From Mobula hypostoma (taxonomy: Eukaryota), in NCBI RefSeq assembly GCF_963921235.1, contig NC_086118.1:12216001-12280000 (forward strand): a DNA stretch of 64,000 bases. The letters run 5' to 3'. A program made the position numbers and the translations under genes. The notes under the pieces were generated by a model. That model saw only the letters and a program-made list of their open reading frames with translations, was not told the origin of the DNA and searched no databases. This document shows, piece after piece, positions 51,835 through 63,960 of this stretch. Positions within the stretch are counted from its first letter, which is position 1, and each line of letters begins with the position of its first letter.

Positions 51835-53400
51835 TATTGTAAATGTATTGTTTGATTAAGCATTCTTCGTTGCTTAATTAATTCATCTTGGTTATATGTA
51901 TAAAGTACATGAATGGCATAGACTGCGTCATATGCACTTACCTTGCCTAAAGTAAAATTGAAGTTAGTCTCATATTTTGGACTCTCCGTGTTTTCTTTTC
52001 AATGAGTTTTACGTTTTGGAGGTTTTAAAATGAACCCGAGAGATTTAGCTTCCTGCTGAAATGCAGCAAAGCAATCGAGTTTGGAAAAAGGAGATAGAAT
52101 ATGGTCGATAAAAAAGGCAGTAAACAGACAAATTCATGAGTTCATAAATGGTGAGTACCAGTGAAATAATCATATATTTATAAAAGCAGAAATGGATGGC
52201 TACATCTGAAAAATAGATGTGTTTGATTGCACAAGAGATAACTAGAATATGTATACTGAAATGATTCAGCCGTATTTTAAAGCAAATGGAATAGCCAATG
52301 AGAAACAAGTATCAGTTTTGCTAAATGCATCGGGTGGAAAAGCATACAGTTTGCTTAGAAGTTTAACTGCTCAAACCAAACCAGCTGAAATGAGCTTTAC
52401 TGATATTGTGAAAGTAAAGCAGATACAGTTAGAATCAAAAACCATTGTTGATTGCAGAATGCTTTAGGTTTCATATGCAGAATCAAAAGGAAGGCAAGTC
52501 CATTTCAGCTTACGTGGCTGAATTGAAGAGATTATTTGAGAATTGTCAGTTCAGTGATAGGCTTCACTGAGAGATTGTTTAGCTTGTGGTATCTGACAAG
52601 AAAGCATTCAAAAGTGGCGTCTTATTGAATCACAACTCACATTAAAAAGAGCAGTTGAAATTGTTGTATCAAGGGAAACCGCAGACAGAGACACAACTGA
52701 GTTTCAGTCAGGAATGGAAATGAGCATGAACACAATTACAATGCCTCAGCAGAGAGCTGCCTGGCTGAACAAATTGTGTTACCATTACGGCAGGGGCTCA
52801 CAATGCAGGTTTAACGGTGAGGCATCCAACAAAGTAGGGCACATCCAAAGAGCACAGCAGGCAAACAAAAATATATGTACTGCACAAGGAAGAGAAAAAG
52901 ATAAAAAGTCATGTTGCAGCTTCAAAAAGAGCACTAATCTGCATGCTGTTGATGGCACAGGACAGAGTTGCCTTGAGATTTACTATGTGAAAACTGACAA
53001 TAGACAAGCAATATGGCTTAACCCAGAAATGAGCAGTAAATTGATTAAATTGTAATTGGACACTGGCTTGGGTGTTTCAGTCATTTCATAAAATGAGTTT
53101 GAACAGCATTTCAAATAGACTGAGAACCTGCAAATGTCCAGCTGAGAATATACCATCTACTGGAGAAAAGATCATTCCTGTGTGAATGACTTCCATAACG
53201 GTGAAATATGGCAACCAACAAGCCACATTGGGCTTGTATGTGGTAAAAGCAGAAGAGCCAGCATTGTGCAGACTTGATTGCCTGAGACAACTGCACCTTC
53301 AATGGAAAACCATCCTATATTTGCATGGCACATCTCCTATAATAGAGTCAAACAAAAACGAATTAAGAAAGGTACTGATGATGCCACAACTGTCTCCATG
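51835..53400 (+). mobile_element. Gypsy/Ty3 LTR retrotransposon remnant (5' LTR-like, gag, zinc knuckle, protease)
   Basis: YFKANGIANEKQVSVLLNASGGKAYSLLRSLTAQTKP (gag), decayed knuckle ...KVGHIQRA, protease-like LDTGLGVSVI; many stops. Confidence 0.85.
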
Positions 53401-53529
53401 ATGTACACCATGAATCGTTGCCCAACAGAGGGCAAGTAGGTGTTGGTGCCAAGTTCTGTGGCTTTGCTCTCCGCACAGAATTCTATCAACAAGCATGTCG
53501 AAATAAACCCAGTTTACATCCCACTTCAG

Positions 53530-53890
53530 CGTCAAGTCATCAGTCCGAAGACAAGAGCCAATTCACACTTGATCACACACATCCATCAATGAGGATGACG
53601 TTAATCCTGTGTCAACTAACACAGCCCGGACAATAATTATCACCTAATCGGATTTTAATGAACCAATCGCAGATTACATAATCGGTAACCAATAGAAATG
53701 GCACATATACTCACACACATATATACACACAGACACAGACACACACACACACGGACTAATCACAGGACACATAAAAGAGGGACAATGTCGGTCACCAACA
53801 TTTCACTTGAAGTTGTACTGATGATGTTGCCTAGCTGGGTAATAAAACATCTGCAAGCTAACAAGCCATCTCGGTGAGCCACTCAACAAC
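53530..53890 (+). mobile_element. 3' end of a third PLE family
   Basis: Ends in a hammerhead motif with distinct stems; upstream CA-rich UTR. Confidence 0.5.
53813..53856 (+). ncRNA. hammerhead motif, long stem II variant, G12 mutated
   Basis: TTGTA-CTGATGA-T-GTTGCCT AGCT GGGTAAT-AAAA-CA-TC-TGCAA; stems I and II still pair. Confidence 0.6.
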
Positions 53891-54689
53891 AATGCAGTGG
53901 CCTCTCAGGGCCCAACCAAAGGTGCTTGTTTCTTGATTAAATGTGTTTTTATACATAATAAGACTATTCTTGACTCCAATAACTGGGTGTACAACAGGTC
54001 CACTGTATCAGTGAGCTGCTCATTGTTCGGAATAGTCAGCCGGAGTGTCGTAAGAGCTGGCTGGTGACTCAGAGAAGGTGATTCAGCCCGTCAGGCCCAG
54101 GGGTTCGAGTTTGGCCATCGGGCCAGGGGATTTGAGTAGGGCCATTGGGCTGCAAGTGGATTTGGATTGGATTTGGAAGAGCTGACCTGGGTTGATGCCT
54201 CCGAGTTGGTGCGAAGGTGGTGTGTAGTGAAACCATGACTGTCTTGGACATTTCTTTTGTGATCGCAAGACCCTGTTGGACATTGACTGCTGTAGGCCTA
54301 CTTCCCTTGACTGGTGGCTAGACAGATGGCGAAGCAGCAGTGTTGCCTTGGTTATAGCGAGGATTAGGCCTCAAGCTTTGAGCTTGCATTGTAACAGGAC
54401 ATCCGGGCTCAGCTGGGGTGGCCTCTCCCACCGGTGCTGCCTGCCACTGTTGGACTGGTGCAATTACTGGCTGGACTGCAGGAATCTGTAGGGCTTGTTG
54501 CTCAGCGACTTGGAGTAAAAATGTGTTTTCTTGCGTGATTATGTTCTTTTTTTCCCTCTTTCTCATTATTTTGAAGACACATGTATGTTTTTGCATCTTG
54601 GCCCCAGAGGAATACTCTTTAAGTTAGTTCTATTCATGTAATGTTTGATTGACAATTAAACTTGATTCGATTTGAAGGTACATGACAGT

Positions 54690-55235
54690 TTGGTTTTGTT
54701 AGTCAGGAGATTCATTTCAAGAGCCTTGAGGTAATGTTGCAGTTCTTTATAATTTCGGTTAGACCACACTTGGGGTATTGAATTCTGGCTAATCCATGAT
54801 AGGGATGATGTGAAAACTTTAGAGAGGGCGAAGAGAAGGTTTAACAGGATGCTGCCTGGATAAGTGTGCATGTCTTACGAGGATAGGTTGAGCAATCTGG
54901 GGCTATTCTCTCTGGACCAAAGGAAAATAAGAGGTGACTTGATAGAGGTGTACAAAATGATAAGAAACACAGTTAAAGTGGGCAACTAGTGACATTTATC
55001 TAAGGGAGGAGTGGTCATAATTTTAAGGTGGTAGGTGCTGGGAACATGCTGACAAGGGAAGTGGTAGAGGCAAGTACGTTAGGGCTATTTAAGAGACTTT
55101 TAGATAGGTGCACATATGAAAGCAAAATGGAAGGCTATGTTGGAGGGATTTGCTAGATTGATCTTCAAGGAGGTTAAAAAGTAGACAAACATTGTGGGCT
55201 GAAAGGTATATTCTGCTGTACCATTCTACATTCTG
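54690..55235 (+). mobile_element. CR1 3' fragment
   Basis: GTTAGACCACACTTGGGGTATTG...GGTGACTTGATAGAGGTGTACAAAATGAT. Confidence 0.75.
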
Positions 55236-55494
55236 TATATGTAAAAAGGAAAAGAACAGCAAGGGTAAATGTGGGTACCTTACAGACAGAAACAAGAGAA
55301 TTTGTAATGCAGAGTAAAGAAAGGGCAGGTAAATTAAACAAATGTTGTGAGTTTGTATTCACAGAAATAATGGAGTCAAGGGCTCTGTATAAGAGAAGCC
55401 AAAATAGTATTAGCTAAAGTAATCTACTGGAGATGTTAATGTAGAACCTATAATGAAGTTGTGATATCAAAATAATTGGAAAATAATATGCTCA

Positions 55495-56035
55495 AGAGAG
55501 TCTGCAGAAGCTGAAAATCCTGAGCAACACCTCATATTCGGTCCCCACTACTGCCACAATGAGGCCTCATTCAGGTTGGAGGAGCAAGTCCTCATATTCC
55601 ATCTAGGTGGCCTCCATCCTGATTGCATGAGCAATTTCTCCAACAACTACCCCTTTCCCTTGTTCCGCTTTTCCATTCCCTATTGTGGTTACCCTCCTCA
55701 CCTGCCCATCACCTCCTTCTGGTTTCCTTCCTCCTTCCCTTTCTTCCATGGTCTACTCTCCTCTCTTTATATATTCCTTCTTCTTTAGCCCTTCACCTCT
55801 TCCACCTATCACCTCTCAAGCGTTTTATTTCATAACCTCTCTGCCCCTTTATTTCATAACTCTCTGCTCACCTTCCCCTTCACCTGCTCTCACCTATCAC
55901 CTGCCAGCTTGTGTTCCTTCCCTTCCATCCAATTTCTCATTCTGGCTTCTGCCAGAATCATTTCCAGTCTAAGCCCAAACTGACTGTTCATTTCCCTCTA
56001 TAGATGTTCCTCCAGCATTTTGTGTGTGTGTTGAT
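55495..56035 (+). mobile_element. PLE 3' fragment, hammerhead core deleted
   Basis: LEEQVLIFHLGGLHPDCM (GIY-YIG C-terminus), pyrimidine-rich UTR, terminal CCTCCAGCATTTTGTGTGTGTTG. Confidence 0.8.
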
Positions 56036-56294
56036 CTCAAAAATAATATGATTAAATAATCGATATGGATTTATTAAATAAATAACACATGAGCCTTTAT
56101 TCCTAAAACATCTGCATAAAGGAGTAAAGGTATCGCAGTATATTAGGCAATGGTGATAACATGCCTGGTATATTGTGTTTAATTTTGGTCTCCTTATCCA
56201 AAATATACAGACTTTATAGGACAAAGATTTAGGGTTTGTCATATGATGAGAGAGTGGATAGGCTAAGTCTTCGTTCTATAAAATTTAAGCAATA

Positions 56295-56975
56295 ATAAGT
56301 GGAAAAAGTGAGCAATTCCAAGTTCCCAGGTGTCAATATCTCTGAGGATCTGTCCTGGGTCCAACACATCAATGCAGCTACAAAGAAGGCATGACCGCAG
56401 CTATATTTCATTAGGAGGGTGAGGAGGTTTGGTATGTCACCAAAGACACTCACAGATTTCTACAGATGTATCATGGAGAGCATTATAACTGGCTACATCA
56501 CCATCTGGTCTGGGGGCGGGAGGAGGGGGTGCGCTACTTCACAGCACTGAAATAATCTGCAGAGACTTGCAAACTCAGTCAGCTCCATCATGGGCACTAG
56601 CCTCTGTAGTATCCAGGACATCTTCAGGGAGCAGTGCCTCAAAATGGCGGCATCCACCATTAAGGTCCCCCATCACCTAGGACATGCCCTGTTCTCATTG
56701 TTACCATCAGGAAGGTGGTACAGGAGCCTGACGATGCACACTCAATGATTCAGAAACAGCGCCTTCCCCTCTGCCATTAGATGTCCGAATGGACATTGAA
56801 CCCTTGAACACTTCCTCACCACTTTTCTTTGTATTACCTATTTAATTTAACTTTTTAATATGTATATTCATACTGTAATTCATGTTTTTTTCTCTTTCTC
56901 TATTATTACGCTGCTGCAAAGACAACAAATTACATTGCATATGGTAGTGATTCTTATTCAAGTTTTAATTCTGAA
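56295..56975 (+). mobile_element. Rex/Babar fragment nested in a CR1 remnant (56080-57130)
   Basis: Homologous to 59090-59500. Confidence 0.8.
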
Positions 56976-59503
56976 TTTATTGAAGGTAACTTTATTAAAA
57001 TATACAGATTTCCTGCAGGTTGACAGAGGCGTGGTGATGATACTTTCCCTGGTTCTGGAGTCTACAACCAAGAGTAACACTCTGAAAAAATGGGAAGGAC
57101 ATTTAGAAAAGAAATAAGGAGAAATAGCTTCACATAGAAACGTAGTAAACCTACAGCACAATACAGGGCCTTCGGTCCACAAAGCTGTACCGAACATGTC
57201 ACTGCCTTAGAACTACCTAGGCTTACCCATGGCCCTCTATTTTTCTATGCTCCATGTATCCATCCAGGAGTCTCTTAAAAGACCTTATCGTATCCGCCTC
57301 CACCACCGTCACCGGCAGCTCATTCCATGCACTCCCCACTCTCTGTGTGAAAAACTTACCCCTGATATCTCCTCTGTACCTACTTCCAAGCGCCTTAAAA
57401 CTGCACTCTCGTGCTAGCCATTTCAGCACTGGGAAAAAGCCTTTGACTATCCACACGATCAATGCCTCTCATTATCTTGTATACCTCTCACCTCTCAGAT
57501 CAGGTCACCTCTCATCCTCTATCGCTCCAAGGAGAAAAGGCCAAGTTCACTTAATCTATTCTCATAAGCCATGCTCCCCAATCCAGGCAATATCCTTGTA
57601 AATGTGCTCTGCACCCTTTCTATGGTTTCCACATCCTTCCTGTAGTGAGGCGACCAGAACTGAGCACAGTACTCCAAGTGGGGTCTGACCAGGGTCCTAT
57701 ATAGCTGCAACATTACCTCTCGGCTCTTAAACTCAATCCCATGATTGATGAAGGCCAAAGCACCGTATGCCTTCTTAACCACAGAGTCAACCTGCGTAGC
57801 AGATATGACTCTCCTATGGACTCGGACCCCAAGATCCCTCTGAACCTCCACACACTGCCAAGAGTCTTGCCATTAATGCTATATTCTGCTGAATCTAGAT
57901 CTGTGGCATTCAATTCTGGCAACCCAGACCTGTACCAGAAAATCAGGTATGATTTACAGAGGACTATTTCAGGAGCAAAGGGATAATTTTGAACAAGGTT
58001 GGAGGTGATATCAGATGTACAGCACCTCTGGTGGGGACTGCAAGACATTACTTCCAACAAAGCGAAACCTAATAGTATGAATGGCAGCGATGCTTCACTA
58101 CCAGATGAACTCAACGCCTTCTATGCATGCTTTGAAATGGAGAACACAACTACAGCTGCGAAGATCCCTGCTGCACCTGATGATCCTGTGATCTCTGTCT
58201 CAGAGGCCGATGTTAGACTGTTTTTAAAGAGAGTGAACCCTCGCAAGGCAGAAGGTCCTGATGGAATACCTGGTAAGGCTCTGAAAACCTGTGCCAACCA
58301 ACTAGTGGGAGTATTCAAGGACATTTTCAACCTCTCACTGCTTCAGGCAGAAGTTCCCACTTGCTTCAAAAAGGCAACAATTATACCAGTGCCAAAGAAG
58401 AATAATGTGTGCTGCCTTATTGACTATCACCCGGTAGCACTCACATCAACAGTGATGAAATGCCTTGAGAGGTTGGTTATGACTAGATTGAACTCCTGCC
58501 TCAGCAAGGATCTGGACCCATTGCAATTTGCCTATCGTCACAATAGGTCAATGGCAGACGCAATCTCCATGGCTCTTCACACGACTTTAGATCAGCTAGA
58601 CAACACAAACACCTATGTCAGGATGCTGTTCATCAACTATAGCTCAGCATTTAATACCACCATTTCCACAACCCTGCTAGAGAAGTTGCAGAACCTGGGC
58701 CTCTGTACCTCCCTCTGTAATTGGATCCTTGACTTCCTAACCGGAAGACCACAGTCTGTGCGGATGGTAATAACATATCCTCTTCGCTGACTATCAACAC
58801 TGGCGCACCTCAGGGGTGTGTGCTCAGCCCACTGCTCTACTCTCTGTATACACATGACTGTGTGGCTAGGCATAGCTCAAATACCATCTATAAATTTGCT
58901 GACGATACAACCATTGTTGGTAGAATCTCAAGTGGTGACGAGAGGGCGTACAAGAGTGAGATATGCCAACTAGTGGAATGGTGCCGCAGCACAACCTGGC
59001 ACTCAACGTCCGTAAGACGAAAGAGCTGATTGTGGACTTCAGGAAGGGTAAGACAAAGAAACACAAACAAATCCTCATAGAGGGATCAGAAGTGGAGAGA
59101 GTGAGCAGCTTCAAGTTCCTGGGTGTCAAGATCTCTGTGGATCTAACCTGGTCCCAATATATTAATATAGTCATAAAGAAGGCAAGACAGTGACTATACT
59201 TTATTAGGAGTTTGAAGCTATTTGGCATGTCAACAAATACACTCAAAAACTTCTACAGTTGTACCATGGAGAGCATTCTGACAGGCTGCATCACTGTCTG
59301 GTATGGAGGGGCTACTGCACAGGACCGAAAGAAGCTGCAGAAGGTTGTAACTCTAGTCAGCTCCATCTTGGGCACTAGCCTACAAAGTACCCAGGACATC
59401 TTTAGGGAGCAGTGTCTCAGAAAGGCAGTGTCTATTATTAAAAGCCTCCAGCACCCAGGGCATGCCCTTTTCTCATTGTTACCATCAGGTAGGAGAAACA
59501 GAA

Positions 59504-61434
59504 ACACAAAATAATCTGCAGATGCTGTGAGCAAAGTAACACTTTCAGTACGCTGGATGAACTCAGCAGGTCGGGCAGCATCAGTTAGAAACGATGAGTC
59601 GACGTTTCGGGCAGGAATCCTTCGTCAGGACTGAAGAATGAAAGATGGGGAAGGATTTGAAGAATGCTTGTAGCTTCAGTTGAAAGACCAGTAATGTGAA
59701 AGACAAAGGGGTGGGGGAGGGGAAGCATTGATGTCATAGCCCTGAAAACAATGGGTAGTAGAAGAAGGAGGTAGAACCATGAGGGAGCTGGGGGAGGGGT
59801 AGAGTGAAATAGGGATACAGGAAGGGAGGGGGAGGGAATTACTGGAAGTTGGAGAATTCTATGTTCATACCAAGGGGCTGGAGACTATCTAAACGGTATA
59901 TGAGGTGTTGATCCTCCAACCGGAGTTTAGCCTCATCATGGCAGTAGAGGAGGCCATGTATGGACATATCTGAATGGGAATGGGAAGCAGAGTTGAAGCG
60001 GGTGGCAACCGGGAGATCCTGCCTGTTGTGGTGGACGGAGTGGAGGTGCTCGATGAAGCGGTCCCCCAATCTGCGTCGGGTTTCACCGATGTAGAAGAGG
60101 CCGCACCAGGAGCACCGGATGCAATAGATGACCCCAACAGACTCACAAGTGAAGTGTTGTCTCACCTGGAAGGACTGTTTGGGGCCCTGAATGGTTGCAA
60201 GAGATGAGGTGTAGGGACAGGTGAAGAACTTGCGCTTACAGGGATAAGTGCCGGGTGGGAGATCAATGGGGATGGACATGTGGATAAGGAAGTCGCGGAG
60301 GGACTGATCCCTGCGGAAAGCAGAGAGGGGTGGAGAGGGAAAGATGTGCTTAGTGGTGGGGACCTGTTGAAGGTGGTGGAAGTTGCGGAGGATAATGTGC
60401 TGGATCCGGAGGCTAGTAGGGCGGTAGGTAAAGACAAGGGGAACTCTGTCCCTGTTGTGGTGGTGGGAGGATGGGGTGAGGGCCGAAGTGTGGGAAATGG
60501 AGGAGATGTGGGTGAGGGCATCATTGATTACGGTAGAAGGGAAACCACGATCCTTAAAGAAAGAGGACATTTAAGATGTCCTGGAACAGAAAGCCTCATC
60601 CTTGGAGCAGATGCGGTGGAGACGGAGGAACTGGGAATAGGGAATGGCATTTTTGCATGTGGCGGGGTGGGAAGAGGTATAGTCGAGGTAGTTATGAGAG
60701 TCAGTGGGCTTGTAGAAGATGTCAGTGGACAGTCTGTCTCCAGAGATGGAGACCAAGACATCGAGAAAGGGGAGAGAAGTGTCCGAGATAGAGGAAGTGA
60801 ATTTGAGGGCTGGGTGGAAGTTTGAAGTAAAGTCGATGAAATTGATGAGCTCAGCATGGGTGCAGGAAGCAGCACCAATGTAGTCGTCAATGTACTGAAG
60901 GAAAAGTTAGGGAGCAGTACCAGAATAGGTTTGGAGCACAGACTGTTCACATAACCAACGAAGAGGCAGGCATAGCTGGGCCCCATGCGAGTTCCCATAG
61001 CTACACCCTTGGTCTGAAGAAAGTGGGAAGAGCCAAAAGAGAAGTAATTAAGTGTGAGAACCAGTTTTGCCAACTGGAGGAGGGTAGTGGTGGTGGGGAA
61101 CTGGTGAGTTCTATTATTCAGGAAGTAGCGGAGGGCTTTGAGGCCTTCTTGATGGGGAATGGAGGTGTATAAGGATTGAACATCCATAGTAAAAATGTAG
61201 CGGTTGGGACCGGGGAATTGGAAGTTATTGAAGAGGTGGAGGGCATGGGATGTATCCGGGATGTAGGTGGGGAGGGACTGAACTATGGGTGACAAAATGG
61301 AGTCCAGGTAGGCAGATACAAGTTCGGTGGGACAGGAGCAGGCAGAAACTATGGGTCTACCAGGACAGTTAGGCCTGTGTATCTTTGGGAGGAGGTAAAA
61401 CCGAGCGGTATGGGGTGTGGGAATAATGAGTTTA
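59504..61434 (-). mobile_element. Penelope-like retroelement, 5'-truncated, RT + GIY-YIG endonuclease
   Basis: FTMDVQSLYTSIPH, KGVAMGTRMGPSYA, QYIDDYIG, VIYCIRCSWCGLFYIGETRRRLGDRFIEH; one frameshift and one stop; 13-bp TSD AGGAGAAACAGAA (59491-503) / AGGAGATACAGAA (61435-47). Confidence 0.95.
59597..59632 (-). ncRNA. minimal hammerhead ribozyme in 3' terminus of the PLE
   Basis: Minus strand AGTC-CTGACGA-A-GGAT TCCT GCCC-GAAA-CG-TC-GACT; core intact, GUC triplet, one A-C mismatch in stem II; predicted cut 59601/59600. Confidence 0.8.
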
Positions 61435-61996
61435 AGGAGATACAGAAGCCTGAAGGCATACACTTAGTGATTCAGGAACAGCTTCTTCTCCCCCTGCCAT
61501 CCGATTCCTAAATGGACTTTAAAGCTTTGGACACTACCTTACTTTTTTTTAATGTACAGTATTTCTGTTTTTGCGCATTTTTAATAATCTATTCAATATA
61601 TGTAATTGATTTACTTGTTTATTATTATGTTTTGTTTTATTTTTTTCCTCTCTCTGCTAGATTATGTATTGCATTGAACTGCTGCTGCTAAGTTATCAAA
61701 TTTCACGTCACATGCCGGTGATAATAAACCTGATTCTGATTCTGATTCATATTTGACCTACCAAAATGAACCACCTTCACGCTTATCTGGGTTGAACTCC
61801 ATCTGCCACTTCTCAGCCCAGTTTTGCATCCTATCAAGGTCCTGCTGTAACCTCTGACAGCCCTCCACACTATCCACAACACCCCCAACCTTTGTGTCAT
61901 CAGCAAATTTACTAATCTATCCCTCCACTTCCTCATTCAGGTCATTTATAAAAATCACAAAGAGTACATGAAAAGTAGTGATTCTTTGGAATTCAC

Positions 61997-62132
61997 CATG
62001 CCGGCATACTGTGGAGAATTAGTCATGACTGCTTTCAAAACCTGGAATGATGGATTTCTTGACATTAAAGGAAGCAAGGGATGAAGGAAAAGAGCAGAGA
62101 AATTGTGTTTGAGACTGAATATCATCCATGAT
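61997..62132 (-). other. candidate exon of unidentified minus-strand gene
   Basis: Acceptor gttctgctattcaacaag, donor ATG|GTGAAT; phase-2 start compatible with 63345-63485; SWMIFSLKHNFSALFLHPLLPLMSRNPSFQVLKAVMTNSPQYAGM. Confidence 0.22.
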
Positions 62133-62409
62133 CTTGTTGAATAGCAGAACAAGCTTATGGTCAATCTTTATTTCATATTTTGTTTTTATCTTTGACTGGT
62201 GACCAGTTTTTAGCTCGAGCTTCCACTGACTGGCAATCATTCTAAGCTGATCTGCTGCCTGCTCTCAAAGGCTACATTTACCTGTAGCCAGTAGTAGGCA
62301 CACTCTGACTGCAAATGGCCATTCCCAGCAGATCAGTGAAACTCAGTGATGCTGAAGATCTTCCTAAGAAGCTAGCAGGCCTCTGCAAAATTACTCTGGG
62401 AGCTGGTTA

Positions 62410-62630
62410 GATCGTAAGACCATAAGAAACAAGAGCAGAATTAGGGCATTTGGTCCATCGAGTCTATTCCATCATGACTGATTTATTATCCGTCTCAACC
62501 CCATCCTTCTACTTCCTCCCCATAACCCTTACGAATCAAGAAACTATCAACCTCCACATGAAATATATCCAATCACTTGGCCTCTACAGCTGTCTGGGGC
62601 AATGAGTTCTACAGATTCACCACCTCTGGT
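62410..62630 (-). mobile_element. CR1 3' fragment
   Basis: GACCATAAGAAACAAGAGCAGAATTAGG end, as at 47515. Confidence 0.7.
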
Positions 62631-63344
62631 TAATCTCTACCCCTTGGTTTACTGACTGTTAAAGTTATCAGAAGGTGATAAGCCTATGAGCCTCAATTGT
62701 GACTGAACAATGAATGAGAGAAATGTGAAAAGACTTCCCTTTCAACAGTATCTTCTACACCAAATAGTATCAAACTGAAGGTACTTTTCCCTTCATTATT
62801 GACCTTGTATGGAGGTGTCAGAACTCAAGTATATTTTATATTCAGAGGTCTGTTTCCAATGAGACCAGTACTGAGCCTTAGGTGTGTCAAATAATTAACT
62901 TTAGCTCTTGCTCCTGCACAAATATCTGCAAACATATGTATTATGTTGATACATTACCACAAAAAAAAAGCTAGTTAGAAAATAAAGGGATACGATCTGG
63001 CTTCCTCTGACCACTTTTAAGAGAAATAGAATTTGCTGTAAATGTGATGGGACTTTATCATCAGCTGATAAAGATTTATTAATGTGAAGGGTTTTCCTTT
63101 CTATGGAAATCAATTTGCTATGTGAAATTTTGAAGGGCAATTTTATGCAGTATTTAAAATAGATAATTCTCACTCGTCCAGAAAATTCCAGAACTCTAAT
63201 TTTAGGCAATGATAGTGACATTTCCAAAATCAATTCATGCTTTCACAGCTCAATCTCTTTCCTTCTGAGAGTGAGGTTTGGCTCTGTGTTGACTCTAGCA
63301 TGTATAGAGTCCCCACAGTATAAAGGCAAATGGATTATTCATAC

Positions 63345-63485
63345 CTGAAGTTTAATCTCAATTGTATGCTGATACGACAGGTCTCACCAGGGTAGCAGGT
63401 AAAGATGTTGAAAGGAGTTGTTGTGTTCTTGAGATGGGTAAAGAAGATAGATTTAGTTGTAGCATTGTCATTGGATAGATAGATT
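63345..63485 (-). other. candidate exon of unidentified minus-strand gene
   Basis: Acceptor atattttcttcag, donor CAG|GTATGA; 141 nt, phase 2-2; only one frame open: IYLSNDNATTKSIFFTHLKNTTTPFNIFTCYPGETCRISIQLRLNF. Confidence 0.33.
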
Positions 63486-63546
63486 CTGAAGAAAATATTT
63501 CCAGGATTTTGAATGAAATTGACAAAAAAAACCAGATGGTTATGAA

Positions 63547-63960
63547 AAACAAGAGAAAGTCTGCAGATGCTGGAAATCCAAGCAATACACACAAAATGCT
63601 GGAGTAACTCAGCAGGTCAGGCACATCTATGGAAAAGAGTACATTTGAAGTTTCAGGCCAAGATCCTTCAGCATGACTGGGGAAAAAGATGAGGAATAAA
63701 TTTTAAAGGTGGGGGGAGGGGAGGGAAAAACACAAGGTGATAGTTGAAACTGGGAGTGGGGGTGAAGTAAAGAGATGGGAAGTTGATTAGTGGAAGAGAC
63801 AGGGCTGGAGAAGGGGGAATCTAATAGGAGTGGACAGAAGGCCATGGCAGAATGAAAAGGGGTGAGGAGTACCAGAGGGAGACGATGGGCAGGTAAGGAG
63901 TTGAGATGAGAGAGAGAAAAGGAGATGGGGAATGGTGAAGGGGGGAGGGCATTACCAGAA
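63547..63960 (-). mobile_element. PLE 3' UTR/terminus with degenerate hammerhead
   Basis: TCTGCAGATGCTGGAAATCCAAGCAATACACACAAAATGCTGG terminus; core reads ATGCTGA...GAAACTTC on minus. Confidence 0.85.

Larger units (their letters stand above)
57890..61748 (+). mobile_element. Rex/Babar LINE, 5'-truncated (57890-59503 and 61435-61748)
   Basis: KAEGPDGIPG, DPLQFAYR, NYSSAFNT, QGCVLSPLLYSLYT, YKFADD; (TGATTC)n tail at ~61730-61748. Confidence 0.93.
57130..61965 (-). mobile_element. CR1 LINE (57130-57890 and 61749-61965) split by Rex/Babar + PLE
   Basis: LYRTLVRPHLEYCAQFWSP, FFTQRVGSAWNELP; continuation with the KFADD region after 61749. Confidence 0.9.
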
